A DNA stretch of 64,000 nt from an uncultured Bacteroidales bacterium (lineage in GTDB: Bacteria; Bacteroidota; Bacteroidia; Bacteroidales; VadinHA17). Location of the stretch: positions 225,843 to 289,842 of the forward strand of contig CAWHSA010000006.1 of assembly GCA_963831855.1 (NCBI GenBank), read 5' to 3'. The translations under genes and the position numbers were made by a program. Below the pieces are notes generated by a model, which had not been told where the DNA came from, did no database searches, and worked only from the letters and a program-made list of their open reading frames with translations. Of the stretch, positions 49,402 to 59,718 are shown piece by piece (the stretch's first letter is position 1; each line of letters begins with the position of its first letter).

Positions 49402-52048
49402 CTACCTTAAACCGAACCGGTAACTGAACTTGATGAGGAAAACATTATGAGGTATATTATTATCGCGGTTGAAAAGGTCACCAATGTCATTAAAGTAATC
49501 AAGCCTGCCTGAATCATTGAAGAAATTTCTGGACTGGCTCCAGACGAGAAAAACTGTTGATCCAGGATTATATTCCCATCTCACAACAAGGTTTGAAAGG
49601 AAGAACTGGTAATTGAAATCATTGTTATCAAAGCTGTAGTCAACCGTACCGTCATTATTCTCATCAATATTGTAGTGGTCGTCTTCCAATGTTATCTGAC
49701 TGGAAGCATATGTATGGAATCTCTGATTGTAATCGTCAGACAGTGGATTATTGGTGATGAATTTGTGGTCATAATATTTCCCGGATGCAACATACGGCTG
49801 GCCCCAGTATTGCAGAGTAAGGTCAGGACTCAAGATTAACATTTATCCTGAGTGATGCGGCAATTGTCTTCCTGTCGATAGAAGCAAATATGTATCTTTC
49901 ATCACCATTAAAAGTAGTATGAGTTACGTACTGGAGCTCATTAAATGATTTATTGAAGTTTGGTGAAATATTGAACGACAGATAATTTGTCGGCTTGTAT
50001 GACAATCCTGCTTCAGTGTACATACTGTTGGAATTGTTATCAAACCCCAGGTTTCCCTGGATATAATACTCAAAAACAAACTTTTTACGGGAGTCGGTAT
50101 TAAAACCCACCCTGAAATCTGTACCGCCCGGGAATCTCATTTTAGGTCCCCCGCGAAGAGCACTTGTTGATATTGAACTGAGTCTTAAGCTTCCCCCTGT
50201 CCATGCGCTCCAGTAATTTTTAAAATTCATGCTGGCATTCCATTCGAAGCCTTTTCCCGTAATATCACCTCCGAAATCATTCGCAAGGTAAATATCACCA
50301 TTTATATTATAGTTCCTGTAGATCCCTTTAGGATCCCATACATTATATCCGGCCCATATTACTGAGAGCATTTCATCGGCCGATTGCATATAACCCAGGT
50401 CGTTGATCTCAAATCCCGGGGTTTTCCATTTGAGGCAGGCAAGAAGATTGAGATGTCCGTTCAGTTTATTCACCTGGAATCTTCCTCCTGAGCCGAAAAG
50501 AGACGTACGGTCAGGATCAAAACGGGCATAACTATTATCAGGTCTCTGATAATACCTGGCTGAAGATTCCTGTGTCCGGGTTATAGCATCCCTTGTCCCG
50601 TTCACCTGGCTGAAAGCAGTGTTGAGCTGCACCGACCAGTTTTTATCCTTAAAAAACTGGGTTATGTCAAATCCTCCGGTATAGGCTGATTTGTGCATAA
50701 AGCCTGCAAGGATGGGATCCAAATCCCTGTTGGTGGTGGTTATTAGCCCTCCAACCAGAGTATTCCCCTTATTGTAATCACGCTGGATTCTTCCCACAAA
50801 AAAGTTTGTCAGTGGTTCAACCGGTTCTGTGAACCTTCCTCCGGTAGTATCAATTATTGCCTTTTCTCCGGCAGTGACCGCATCCACGAATCCTACTGAT
50901 AGTCCATTCTTTGTTTTTCCTGTTAATTTGGCTGCCCCGATTATGTGAGTAAATGCTGGAATATCAGCTGTCCAACTGTCTTCCAGTTCGGGATCTCCTG
51001 CAGGACGGCGGCCTATTCGCCTGGAATAGAAAAGGTTATCATTCCCGTTTTCACCGTCGCCTAGCCCGATATTAAAACTCGTAATATTATTTCCTTCTAT
51101 GAAGAAAGGTCTTCTCTCAGAGAAATATGTCTCGAATGCAGAAAGATTCACCTCCGAAGGATCTGCTTCAACCTGTCCGAAATCGGGGTTAATTGTAAGG
51201 TCCATGGTCATGTTATTGGTGATACCGATCTTTGCATCTAGTCCGGCATTCAGATTCGACCTCCTTCCTTTTTCGAGGAAGGTGAACGGATTCCCCGGTT
51301 CCTTTTTAAAAGTCTCCACTTTGCCGACACCATAAGGAGTGACGTCAAATATTTTTCTTGGTTTAATCCCCTCAAGGCCGGATAGTTCACCGAACATATG
51401 CACAAGGCCGGGTGCGTCCGCAGGCACATGCTGCCAGAAATCGGTCTCATTTCTCCTGTAGATTACCCTGGCCATTTCCAGACCCCAGACGTCACCTGAA
51501 TTTTTGTCGAATCTCACCTGGCTTAACGGTATTTTCATCTCTGCTACCCAGCCTTCACTGTTAACAGAGGTTTTTACCCACCAGTTCGGATCCCACGAAG
51601 GGTCTTCATTCTGCCCGTCATTTGTAAAAATCTGGTCGAGCTTTACACCACTAGAGCTTACTCCGAAGAGAAATGCGGTACGCAGATCATGAAAACTGTC
51701 GAGAATAATTCCCGAAAGATCTCCGTCAGTTTCATCCCTGCGTGTCAGGCGGTATACTATGCTGTCCGGACTTGAATCAAAATTCTTTATAGCCACATAA
51801 AGGTTATCATCATCGAATAAAATCTTGAACCCGGTCCTTTGCGTAGCGGGTCTTCCGTTATACGGCTGATTCTGAGTAAAATCATCCATCCATTCGCCGG
51901 TGTTCCATATCTCTTCATCGAGGATCCCATCAATTTCCGGAGCAGCTGAAATCCTTGTAGCCTGATATCTTTTCTTTTCAGGCGCCTGTCCGGAAACTGA
52001 CGGAATTAGTAACAGAAAAACAGTAAGGCAGATCAAAATTTTTTTCAT
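49402..52048 (-). pseudogene. CBM9-like / DUF5916-type outer-membrane protein interrupted by one frameshift
   Basis: ORFs 49823..52048 and 49402..49842 overlap by 20 nt in different frames. The sequence reads through as ...RINVNL | SPDLTLQYWGQPYV.... The N-terminus ATRISAAPEIDGILDEEIWNTGEWMDDF...FKILFDDDNLYVA is CBM9-like. The span of 2647 nt is not a multiple of 3. Confidence 0.65.
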
Positions 52049-52250
52049 ACAGGTTCCGGTTGCAGTTTATTTTCAGATTAAGGACGAATAATAATTAAAT
52101 TTGATGCAAAAATAAATTATTTAGAATCAGTTTAAATAATTGTATAATCTGACTGATTGTAACTTATTAAAGACCATTTATATTCCTGTTAACCCTTAAA
52201 TTAAATGCAGAATAATTAAATTTATTATCTTGTACTAAAATAATCCATTT

Positions 52251-53051
52251 ATGATCTCACGAAGAAATTTCATCTCAAAGAGTGCTGTAGCCGCAGCTGC
52301 CGCAGCTATCTCTCCCTCGGTCATCGGCCAGGGTCTCTCCCGGGAATTAAAATCACCGCTGGAAGGTAAAAAGGTTTTATATGTTTGGGGCGGATGGATG
52401 GGACATGAACCCGATAAATGCCGTGATATATTTGTCCCGTGGCTGACCTCGGAAGGAGCTTTGGTCACTGTCTCAGATACCCTTGATGCATATATAACCC
52501 ATGATCTGCAGAAGGATTTTGATCTTATTATCCAGGCATGGACAATGGGGACAATTACAGGTAACCAGGAAAGAGCATTGCTTGCAGCTGTTAAAAGCGG
52601 AGTGGGCCTGGCAGGCTGGCACGGTGGACTTGGTGACTCGTTCCGCAACAATACTGAGTACCAGTTTATGGTTGGCGGACAGTGGGTGGCCCATCCCGGC
52701 GGAGTTATCGATTACAGGGTCAATATCCGGGACCATAAAGATCCGGTAACAAAAGGTCTGTCGGATTTCGACATGCATTCGGAGCAGTATTATGTACAGG
52801 TCGACCCTAATAACAAAGTTCTGGCTACAACAACTTTTACTGATAAAGTTGCCTCATGGATAGGAGGGAATGTTGTTCCTGTTGCCTGGAAAAAAGCTTA
52901 TGGGAGCGGCAGGGTTTTTTATTCCTCACTTGGCCATGTGGCAGCCGATTTTAAAGTTCCGGAAGCAATGGAGATACAGAAGAGAGGAATACGGTGGGCT
53001 TGTGTGAGCAAATACGAGCCGATGGAACCCTGGAGGCAGCCGGTATATTAA
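52251..53051 (+). CDS. ThuA-domain protein with a twin-arginine signal
   Basis: 266-aa ORF. The N-terminus is [20 protein letters not shown] (Tat-type). The stretches [14 protein letters not shown] and [10 protein letters not shown] are typical of ThuA-like proteins. Confidence 0.75.
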   Translation: MISRRNFISKSAVAAAAAAISPSVIGQGLSRELKSPLEGKKVLYVWGGWMGHEPDKCRDIFVPWLTSEGALVTVSDTLDAYITHDLQKDFDLIIQAWTMGTITGNQERALLAAVKSGVGLAGWHGGLGDSFRNNTEYQFMVGGQWVAHPGGVIDYRVNIRDHKDPVTKGLSDFDMHSEQYYVQVDPNNKVLATTTFTDKVASWIGGNVVPVAWKKAYGSGRVFYSSLGHVAADFKVPEAMEIQKRGIRWACVSKYEPMEPWRQPVY

Positions 53052-53542
53052 TCGTAAAGATTCAGGAATTCATAGGTGTTCCCGAGATAATCGAGGAATT
53101 TTATAAAATCTGATTTTGAGATTATCAGTGTAGCCGTATTCACATTCGGATGAAAGGCGAGCCGGTCGGATTCGCTGAGCTTTTCATCAATGAACAGATG
53201 AACATGCTTATCCTTATCATTAATAAGTCCGAAGGGTGAAACGGATCCCGGTTCGAGTCCGAGATACTTTTTAAGGCGCTCATCAGAGGCAAATGTCAGC
53301 TTGCCCTGCCTGAGGCGTTTTTCGAGATCATGAATATCGAGTTGCCTGAGATGCTCGAGGATTACCAGGTAATGCCTGTTGCCTTTATGATTCCTGAAAA
53401 ATATATTCTTGCACAATCCCGATCTGTAATCCTTCCAGTATACCGTGGCATCTTCAATTGTGAATAGTGGCGGATGCTCGTGATACTCATAACTGACAGA
53501 AAGCTTTCCGAGCAGTTCGAAGAGTTCTTTCTGACCTCTCAT
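53048..53542 (-). CDS. YbaK/ProX-like prolyl-tRNA synthetase-associated (aminoacyl-tRNA editing) domain protein
   Basis: 164-aa ORF with the stretches [33 protein letters not shown] and [11 protein letters not shown]. Confidence 0.75.
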   Translation of the reverse strand: MRGQKELFELLGKLSVSYEYHEHPPLFTIEDATVYWKDYRSGLCKNIFFRNHKGNRHYLVILEHLRQLDIHDLEKRLRQGKLTFASDERLKKYLGLEPGSVSPFGLINDKDKHVHLFIDEKLSESDRLAFHPNVNTATLIISKSDFIKFLDYLGNTYEFLNLYD

Positions 53543-53976
53543 CAGTTGTTTACTGGTTTTTCCGTGTACGTGAAATCCATTCCTGCCAGGAGGGCTATGT
53601 CTGATCCTGCTTCCTTCATATCAGGATCGTCTTCATCATAAATCCAGAATATTTTAACAGGAACACCGGCAGGGGGGAGTCTTTTCAGCTCGGTAAGAAT
53701 GTCAAAGATGAACTTTGCAGATGAAGAATTGAAATATGAAAGGTCAATCTCAAAGCGGAGAGGATTTTCTTCAGTAAATATTTTATTGGCGCCATCATGC
53801 ATGTCATCGGCGAAAACCTTCAGCCATTCAATTACCGGGTAGTAGAGCGCACGGACATCCTCCGGAGCTGAATTACCACGGATGAAAAACTGGTTTTCAT
53901 CAGGTAGGAATTTTACTTCTGGAGTGATAACTGTCTGATTGATATGTAGTTTTTCCATATCGGAAGCTTTTTGCAA
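53542..53976 (-). CDS. DUF1987 (SiaC-like) protein
   Basis: 144-aa ORF. The stretches TPEVKFLPDENQFFIRGNSAPEDVRALYYPVIEWL and FEIDLSYFNSSSAKFIFDIL match the DUF1987 pattern. The likely start is MEKLHI at 53958. Confidence 0.65.
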   Translation of the reverse strand: MQKASDMEKLHINQTVITPEVKFLPDENQFFIRGNSAPEDVRALYYPVIEWLKVFADDMHDGANKIFTEENPLRFEIDLSYFNSSSAKFIFDILTELKRLPPAGVPVKIFWIYDEDDPDMKEAGSDIALLAGMDFTYTEKPVNN

Positions 53977-54007
53977 AAGTGCACCATAATTTTGTTATTA
54001 ACAAATA

Positions 54008-54508
54008 TTATTCAGATGAATCAGAATTATCAAACATTAAATAGTTATCTGATACAGAGCTATATCCTGTATCTTCAATAAGGTTGCTCCTTCTTGAAGC
54101 CTCCACAGCCAGCCTGTCGCACAGCTCATTCTCAGGATTGCTGGAATGTCCTTTTATCCACACAAATCTGACATTATGTTTTCTGAACGCTTTCAGGAAT
54201 CTGGTCCAGAGATCAGGATTTTTTTTCTTTTTAAATCCCTTTGATTCCCATTGAAACAACCAACCTTTTTCAACAGCATCGGCAACATATCTGGAATCGG
54301 TAAATATGACCACATTGCTGCCTCTCTTTTTCAATGCTTCCAGCCCGGATATGACTGCCAGGAGCTCCATCCGGTTATTGGTTGTAAGCCTGTAGCCTTC
54401 CGATTTTTCAAGCCGGTGCTTTCCGTAAATCATGACCAGCCCGTAACCACCCGGTCCCGGATTTCCGCTGGCCGCTCCATCAGTGTAAATTGTTATTTCA
54501 CCTGGCAT
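54008..54508 (-). CDS. rnhA: Ribonuclease HI
   Basis: 166-aa ORF with the stretches IYTDGAASGNPGPGGYG, TNNRMELLAVISGLEAL, FTDSRYV and WIKGHSSNPENELCDRLA. Confidence 0.9.
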   Translation of the reverse strand: MPGEITIYTDGAASGNPGPGGYGLVMIYGKHRLEKSEGYRLTTNNRMELLAVISGLEALKKRGSNVVIFTDSRYVADAVEKGWLFQWESKGFKKKKNPDLWTRFLKAFRKHNVRFVWIKGHSSNPENELCDRLAVEASRRSNLIEDTGYSSVSDNYLMFDNSDSSE

Positions 54509-55082
54509 GAGGTAAAACTATACCTGTATTCGTCAGAAACAGTTTTATTGCAATTGAGAGCAGAATAACACCGAACACTTTTTTGAGGATCTGAAGCCCT
54601 CCCTGTCCGAGTATCTTTTCGAAAACTGTCGTCAGCCTGAGGACAAGATAGATAATTATCATATTAAGGACGAGGGCGATGAATATATTGATTGTCTGGT
54701 ACTCAGCCTTAAGTGACAGGATTGTGGTTATTGACCCGGCACCCGCAATTAATGGGAATGCTATGGGGAAAATTGCTCCGCTGCCATGAGAATCCTGCTT
54801 GAACAATTCGATTCCGAGGATCATTTCCATGGCAATCAGGAATATTATAAAAGAACCTGCAATAGCAAAGGATGACACATCAATTCCAAAAACTCCAAGC
54901 AGGGGCGATCCTATAATAAGAAATGCGAGTAATATCAGGAACGAAACAATTGTGACCTTCACCGGCTTGACATCAGATGATTTGCTTTTGATATCTATTA
55001 TTATAGGAATGGATCCCGGAATATCAATTATGGCAAATAATACCATAAAGGCTGCCAGGACTTCTATAACGTTGATATGCAT
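54498..55082 (-). CDS. MarC-family (UPF0056) integral membrane protein
   Basis: 194-aa ORF with six hydrophobic segments. The N-terminus FMVLFAIIDIPGSIPIII is typical of MarC. It overlaps the rnhA start by 11 nt. Confidence 0.8.
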   Translation of the reverse strand: MHINVIEVLAAFMVLFAIIDIPGSIPIIIDIKSKSSDVKPVKVTIVSFLILLAFLIIGSPLLGVFGIDVSSFAIAGSFIIFLIAMEMILGIELFKQDSHGSGAIFPIAFPLIAGAGSITTILSLKAEYQTINIFIALVLNMIIIYLVLRLTTVFEKILGQGGLQILKKVFGVILLSIAIKLFLTNTGIVLPHAR

Positions 55083-55155
55083 TGCTCAGATTTTGGGCAA
55101 AGATAGTCAAATTAGTGTTTTAACCTCACTGGGGATCCTCTCCCGGTTTTTCTTT

Positions 55156-55326
55156 ACCTCACCCCAACCCCTCACTGGTTCGTATCGACCTCACCCCAAA
55201 CCCCTCTCCACTGGTTCGTATCGACCTCACCCCAAACCCCTCACTGGTTCGTATCGACCTCACCCCAAACCCCTCACTGGTTCGTATCGACCTCACCCCA
55301 AACCCCTCTCCCGGGGGGAGAGGGGC
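55156..55326. repeat. Tandem array of 4.5 copies of a 32-36-nt C-rich unit (ACCTCACCCCAAACCCCTCACTGGTTCGTATCG), ending in a GC palindrome
   Basis: The units are at 55156-55187, 55188-55223, 55224-55256 and 55257-55289, with a partial fifth from 55290. The fifth runs into the palindrome CCCCTCTCCC-GG-GGGAGAGGGG. There are no spacers between units. Confidence 0.9.
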
Positions 55327-55351
55327 TTTATTATTGGTACACAATGCTTTA

Positions 55352-55446
55352 CATCCCCCTCTCACACCGGGAGAGGGGGATCAGAGGGGGTGAGGTAGAT
55401 TCCCGGGAGAGGGGGTGAGGCAGAATCCCGGTAGCGGGGATGAGGT
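55352..55446. repeat. Inverted (G-rich) copies of the same core, plus a second GC hairpin
   Basis: The hairpin is ccccctctc-acaccg-ggagaggggg. Three copies of GGGG(G/A)TGAGG(T/C) follow (55386-55396, 55411-55420, 55437-55446), which is the reverse complement of the ACCTCACCCC core of the left array. Confidence 0.75.
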
Positions 55447-55451
55447 ATAAC

Positions 55452-57605
55452 CTATTGCACAATCGTCATCTCATCAACAAGATTCTTTGCACCTGAATAG
55501 ATATCCATGATCCAGAGGACATACCTGATATCCACGGCTATGGTTCTCTGAAGTTCAGGCTCATAATAAACATCACCGCTCATTGCTTCCCAGTTGCCGT
55601 CGAATGCCAGGCCGATAAGTTCCCCGTTGGCATTCATAACCGGACTGCCTGAGTTGCCGCCTGTGATATCATTGGTTGTCAGAAAACAGACCGGCATATA
55701 GCCTTCAGAGGAGGCATATCTTCCAAATTCTTTCCTGTTGTTAAGATCAATAAGTCTCTGGGGGAGGTCGAACTCATAATCGCCGGGCTTATACTTATCC
55801 ACAACACCCTGCAGGGTTGTATAATATTTATAGGTTACGGCATCCCTGGGATCATAATCCTGAATGGTTCCGTACGAAAGCCTCATAGTGGAGTTTGCAT
55901 CAGGATAAAGTGTTTTTTCAGGAGTCATCTCCCTGAGAGCTGCTACCCATATCCGGCTTCCTTTTATAAGATTCTCACTGAACTTGCTCAGCTCACCGGA
56001 AACCTCTGAGGCTACCTTATTGATAGAAGCTGCAGTAAGGGTAACGGGGTCATTTTCAAGTATTTTCAGAACAGGCTTTTCCAGGAAAGCGTTAAGTTTT
56101 GCTTCACTTGTAAAGAGTGACCTTTTAAACATATCGTCAACAAACTTGTCAATGTTTCCCTTGAATTTCTTATCAACGATATTTACATAGAAATCCGGAT
56201 GAAATTTTACAGGAACATCAGCCCTGTAGAGCTTAAGCATTGCCTTAATGGTTTTCTGGTCAGTAGGAGCGCTGTAATCCTTATAAATATCACCGATGTT
56301 GTCTTTGATCCGCATTAAGGCGTCACTTATTTTCTGGGCGTCGCCACCTTTCAGAGCTGCCAAAAGCATTGATCCTATCTGGTTCATGCCCAGAAGTTCA
56401 CATGCCTGCATATAGCACTCACTTAAATATTGCTGTGCATTGAAAAATTCAGCCCTGCCTTCTATCGATGATTTAATGAGGGCCAGCGGATCACCGTATT
56501 TGGCTTTCCGTTCCGGGTCAGCGTTAACCCACGTGTTGAACTGCTTCTCAATTTCCTGTTTTTTGGCGATCACATTCAGGTTCCTGAGCTGGTTGTTCTG
56601 TCCGATTGAATATTTCCAGTAATTTGAAGAGTTGGAATATTTTGAAGCATACTGAATATTGATCCTGGGATCTGCAACCATATCAGCCATCCAGATTTCC
56701 TGTTTTATCCCGCGGATCTTTATCCTGTTCGGATTGGTGATTTTCATTATCTCATTAACCTCATAGGAGGTGTAATATCTCTGGGTCCTTCCGGGGTATC
56801 CCATAATCATGGCGAAATCACCAATATTAAGATCTTTGATAGAAACGGTCAGCCATTTTTTTGGCTTCAGCGGGATATTATCTTTAGAATAAGCAGCAGG
56901 TTTGCCATCAGGCGAGGAATATACCCTGAATACGCTGAAATCACCTGTATGACGCGGCCATTCCCAGTTGTCGGTATCAAAACCGAATTTACCGATTGAA
57001 GATGGAGGCGCACCAACCAGCCTTACATCATTATACCTCTCCGACACAATAAGGTAAAAATTATTTCCACCATAAAAAGAGGATACCTGTATCCTGTAGT
57101 TATTTCCTTCGGAAGCTTTCTTTTCGATTACAAGCCTTGCCTGATTTACGGCAGCCGTTCTGTCTGTTTCTGACATCCCGGGTTTTACGTTTGCCAAAAC
57201 CTGGTCAGTTACATCCTGGATGCTTAAAAGAAATGTAACGGACAGACCGGGATTTGGAAGCTCCTCTTCTCTGGTCTTTGCCCAGAAGCCATCCTGCAAA
57301 TAATCATGTTCAGTGGAGCTGTGCGACTGGATAGAAGAATAACCGCAATGGTGATTGGTAAGTATAAGACCCTGGGATGAAACTATTTCCCCTGTACATC
57401 CGCCGCCAAAACTTATAACTGCATCCTTCAGGGAGGCTTTATTTAGACTGTAAATATCTTCAGCAGAGAGCTTTAGCCCCAGCTGGGTCATCTTGCCGAT
57501 ATTAAGCTTTTCAATAAGTGGCAAGAGCCACATTCCTTCATCAGCCCTGGCTTTGTACCCGAAACACACCAGAACGATGAACAAAACAGAAAGAGTTTTT
57601 TTCAT
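55452..57605 (-). CDS. S46-family dipeptidyl-peptidase (DPP7/DPP11-like)
   Basis: 717-aa ORF. A signal peptide is followed by ADEGMWLLPL. The His region is LTNHHCGY and the catalytic Ser region is TNDITGGNSGSPVMNANGELIGLAFDGN. Confidence 0.9.
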   Translation of the reverse strand: MKKTLSVLFIVLVCFGYKARADEGMWLLPLIEKLNIGKMTQLGLKLSAEDIYSLNKASLKDAVISFGGGCTGEIVSSQGLILTNHHCGYSSIQSHSSTEHDYLQDGFWAKTREEELPNPGLSVTFLLSIQDVTDQVLANVKPGMSETDRTAAVNQARLVIEKKASEGNNYRIQVSSFYGGNNFYLIVSERYNDVRLVGAPPSSIGKFGFDTDNWEWPRHTGDFSVFRVYSSPDGKPAAYSKDNIPLKPKKWLTVSIKDLNIGDFAMIMGYPGRTQRYYTSYEVNEIMKITNPNRIKIRGIKQEIWMADMVADPRINIQYASKYSNSSNYWKYSIGQNNQLRNLNVIAKKQEIEKQFNTWVNADPERKAKYGDPLALIKSSIEGRAEFFNAQQYLSECYMQACELLGMNQIGSMLLAALKGGDAQKISDALMRIKDNIGDIYKDYSAPTDQKTIKAMLKLYRADVPVKFHPDFYVNIVDKKFKGNIDKFVDDMFKRSLFTSEAKLNAFLEKPVLKILENDPVTLTAASINKVASEVSGELSKFSENLIKGSRIWVAALREMTPEKTLYPDANSTMRLSYGTIQDYDPRDAVTYKYYTTLQGVVDKYKPGDYEFDLPQRLIDLNNRKEFGRYASSEGYMPVCFLTTNDITGGNSGSPVMNANGELIGLAFDGNWEAMSGDVYYEPELQRTIAVDIRYVLWIMDIYSGAKNLVDEMTIVQ

Positions 57606-57677
57606 GATATCTAAATTTATTTGGATTTAGTTTAAACAATTTGGCAAATATAAAAGTTTAATTGATAACAGAATATG

Positions 57678-58277
57678 TCAGAAATCAATTGAGATCTGGG
57701 TTTCGAGTAGTGAAAAAGACCGCCTATGGTAGCTGGTAATTCCATATTTTTTAATGGCATCCCTGTGAAAAAGGGTCGCATAGCCCATGTTTTTGTTCCA
57801 GCCATAGGATGGAAATTCATTGTGTATGTTTTGCATATACTCATCGCGGAAAGTTTTTGCAAGCACGGAAGCTGCTGCTATGGAGAAGTACAATCCGTCG
57901 CCTTTTATAATTGTTTTATGGTTGATGTCTTTATAAGGAAAGAAACTATTGCCGTCAATTATGAGAAATTCCGGCTTTTTTGAGAGACCTTCAATTGCCA
58001 TATGCATTGCTTTTATGGATGCACGCAGGATATTCAGCTTATCTATTTCCCTGTTATCCACGAATGCAACATTCCAGGCAATTGCCGACTCAATTATCTC
58101 TGCCCTGAGGAGATCTCTTTGCCGGGCAGTTAATTTTTTGGAGTCATTCAGGACAGGATGTCTGAAATTTTTTGGAAGTATCACGGCTGCTGCAACAACA
58201 GGTCCTGCGAGACAACCTCTGCCGGCTTCATCGCAGCCTGCTTCAGTAATGTTATGGTACAGGCAGGACTTTAACAT
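57678..58277 (-). CDS. rnhB: Ribonuclease HII
   Basis: The start is taken at MLKSCLYHN inside track ORF 57678..58298. The stretches are AGCDEAGRGCLAGPVVAAAVIL, IDGNSFF and SIAAASVLAK. Confidence 0.9.
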   Translation of the reverse strand: MLKSCLYHNITEAGCDEAGRGCLAGPVVAAAVILPKNFRHPVLNDSKKLTARQRDLLRAEIIESAIAWNVAFVDNREIDKLNILRASIKAMHMAIEGLSKKPEFLIIDGNSFFPYKDINHKTIIKGDGLYFSIAAASVLAKTFRDEYMQNIHNEFPSYGWNKNMGYATLFHRDAIKKYGITSYHRRSFSLLETQISIDF

Positions 58278-58457
58278 GTTTGCAAAAACGAAGGTCAATA
58301 AAAATAGGGAATTATTCCTGATGAAAAATATTACCTATAAGAAAAAATATTTTTATATACATTAAATTTTAACATAAGTTATTAACATATTTATCAACAA
58401 AAAATGTTAATTTGTCAAAATATTATTTATTTTTGACCACACCGACAGCAATCAGGA

Positions 58458-58958
58458 ATGTTTAAAGGATTCAGAATAATAATAGTATGTATAATATTCT
58501 TGTCGACTGATGTTATGTCACAGCAATTGTCGCACCAGGTTCTTGTGCCGCTTGCAGGAGTTACGACAGACAATCATGTCAGCTATTCACAGACTGTCGG
58601 TGAAACAGCTGTTGAATTAGTCGGGTGTACAGAATACTTCTTTACCCAGGGATTTCAGCAGCCTCCCTTTAAATTCGCGAATGAGATACCTCCGACTGGT
58701 AACGGAGTAAAGGTATATCCCAATCCTGTTTCAGATTTTGTAGTTGTTGAATTGTTTGGTGAAACGCCAAGAAGATTCCGTATTGATATAATTAATATTA
58801 CAGGCACGGTGGTGCTTTCGTTGAAAAGAGATTTCTATTATCAGTACTGGTACAGGGAACCTGAGGATATCAGCCACCTTATCAAAGGCTTTTACATAAT
58901 AAGGATTAAAAGCGGGGATGGTATGATTGACCGTTCATTTAAGATCGAAAAGATATAA
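58458..58958 (+). CDS. Small secreted protein with a T9SS (Por) C-terminal sorting domain
   Basis: 166-aa ORF with a signal peptide. The C-terminus is VKVYPNPVSDFVVVEL...GFYIIRIKSGDGMIDRSFKIEKI. Confidence 0.7.
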   Translation: MFKGFRIIIVCIIFLSTDVMSQQLSHQVLVPLAGVTTDNHVSYSQTVGETAVELVGCTEYFFTQGFQQPPFKFANEIPPTGNGVKVYPNPVSDFVVVELFGETPRRFRIDIINITGTVVLSLKRDFYYQYWYREPEDISHLIKGFYIIRIKSGDGMIDRSFKIEKI

Positions 58959-58968
58959 TTCCATAGTT

Positions 58969-59718
58969 ATGGCTTCAAAACTTGTAAAAAGATACCTGAT
59001 AATCAATGTACTGATCATGATTGGTACAGGCATCCTTGCCCAGGATAATGTTCCCCTCGGGATTCATTACCAGGCAGTTGCAAGAGATAATTACGGAAAG
59101 GAGCTGGTTAACAGAAAGATAAGCGTCAGGTTCTCCATCATCTCTGATGATCCTTTGTCATCTCCTGTGTTCCAGGAACTTCACCCGAATATCCTGACCT
59201 CCAGGTTCGGTGTCTTTTCCCTGATTATCGGTCATGGTATTACAACCGGCAAAGCAAGGTTTACAAAGCTGTCGGAATTAGCCTGGGAGAAGGCCAATCA
59301 CTACCTGAAGGTTGAAGTGCAGTTCGAAAACGAAAATGACTTCATGGATATGGGGACGATGCAGTTCCTGACAGTACCCTACGCCCTGTATGCACAGCGG
59401 TCGCTCGAACCCGGGCCGGCTGGTCCCCAGGGTGATCCCGGACCAAAAGGCGATCCGGGTGACCCGGCTTCGGATAAACAGATGCTTTCAGTTGTTAATG
59501 TGGAAGGTTCTGATTATCTGGCAATTTCTGGCGGGAACCAGGTAAAGATCTCAACAATTGAAGAGGATGGCGATCCAACAAATGAGATCCAGGATCTTAT
59601 AATCAGCTCGGATAAGCTTAAGATAACCAAAAACACAAGCGCTACGGAATGGGATCTGACAAGATATCTGGATAATACAGATAGCAAGCTCTTACATGAA
59701 ATCAGGAACGCTCGCTAG
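58969..59718 (+). CDS. Collagen-triple-helix-repeat protein (the intact N-terminal part of a decayed longer gene)
   Basis: ATG at 58969 (MASKLVKRYLIINVLIMIGTGILAQ) inside track ORF 58927..59718. It has Gly-X-Y repeats (GPAGPQGDPGPKGDPGDP) followed by LSV..G..YLAISGGNQVKIS type repeats. Confidence 0.7.
   Translation: MASKLVKRYLIINVLIMIGTGILAQDNVPLGIHYQAVARDNYGKELVNRKISVRFSIISDDPLSSPVFQELHPNILTSRFGVFSLIIGHGITTGKARFTKLSELAWEKANHYLKVEVQFENENDFMDMGTMQFLTVPYALYAQRSLEPGPAGPQGDPGPKGDPGDPASDKQMLSVVNVEGSDYLAISGGNQVKISTIEEDGDPTNEIQDLIISSDKLKITKNTSATEWDLTRYLDNTDSKLLHEIRNAR

Noticed and set aside
52235-52778. Minus-strand ORFs (138 and 101 aa) overlapping the ThuA-like gene
   Set aside because: The plus-strand frame carries a Tat signal and ThuA motifs. 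The antisense frames show no motif and have Pro/Ser/Cys-rich compositions.
55156-55326. Possible CRISPR array (regular ~33-nt direct repeats)
   Set aside because: The repeats are directly adjacent with no spacers. The unit lengths vary (32, 36, 33 and 33 nt). No cas genes are nearby, and inverted copies of the same core follow. This is a tandem or REP-type repeat, not a CRISPR array.
55159-55398. ORFs 55159..55365 (-) and 54799..55398 (+) with repetitive peptides (GEGFGVRSIRTS..., TGSYRPHPKPL...)
   Set aside because: These are translations of the tandem DNA repeat in both directions. They have no start context and overlap marC or intergenic sequence, so they are artefacts.
54008-58277. Two RNase H genes 3 kb apart as a hint of a retroelement or defence module
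   Set aside because: They are ordinary rnhA and rnhB housekeeping types. No reverse transcriptase, nuclease-NTPase or other defence-like genes are adjacent, so the proximity looks coincidental.
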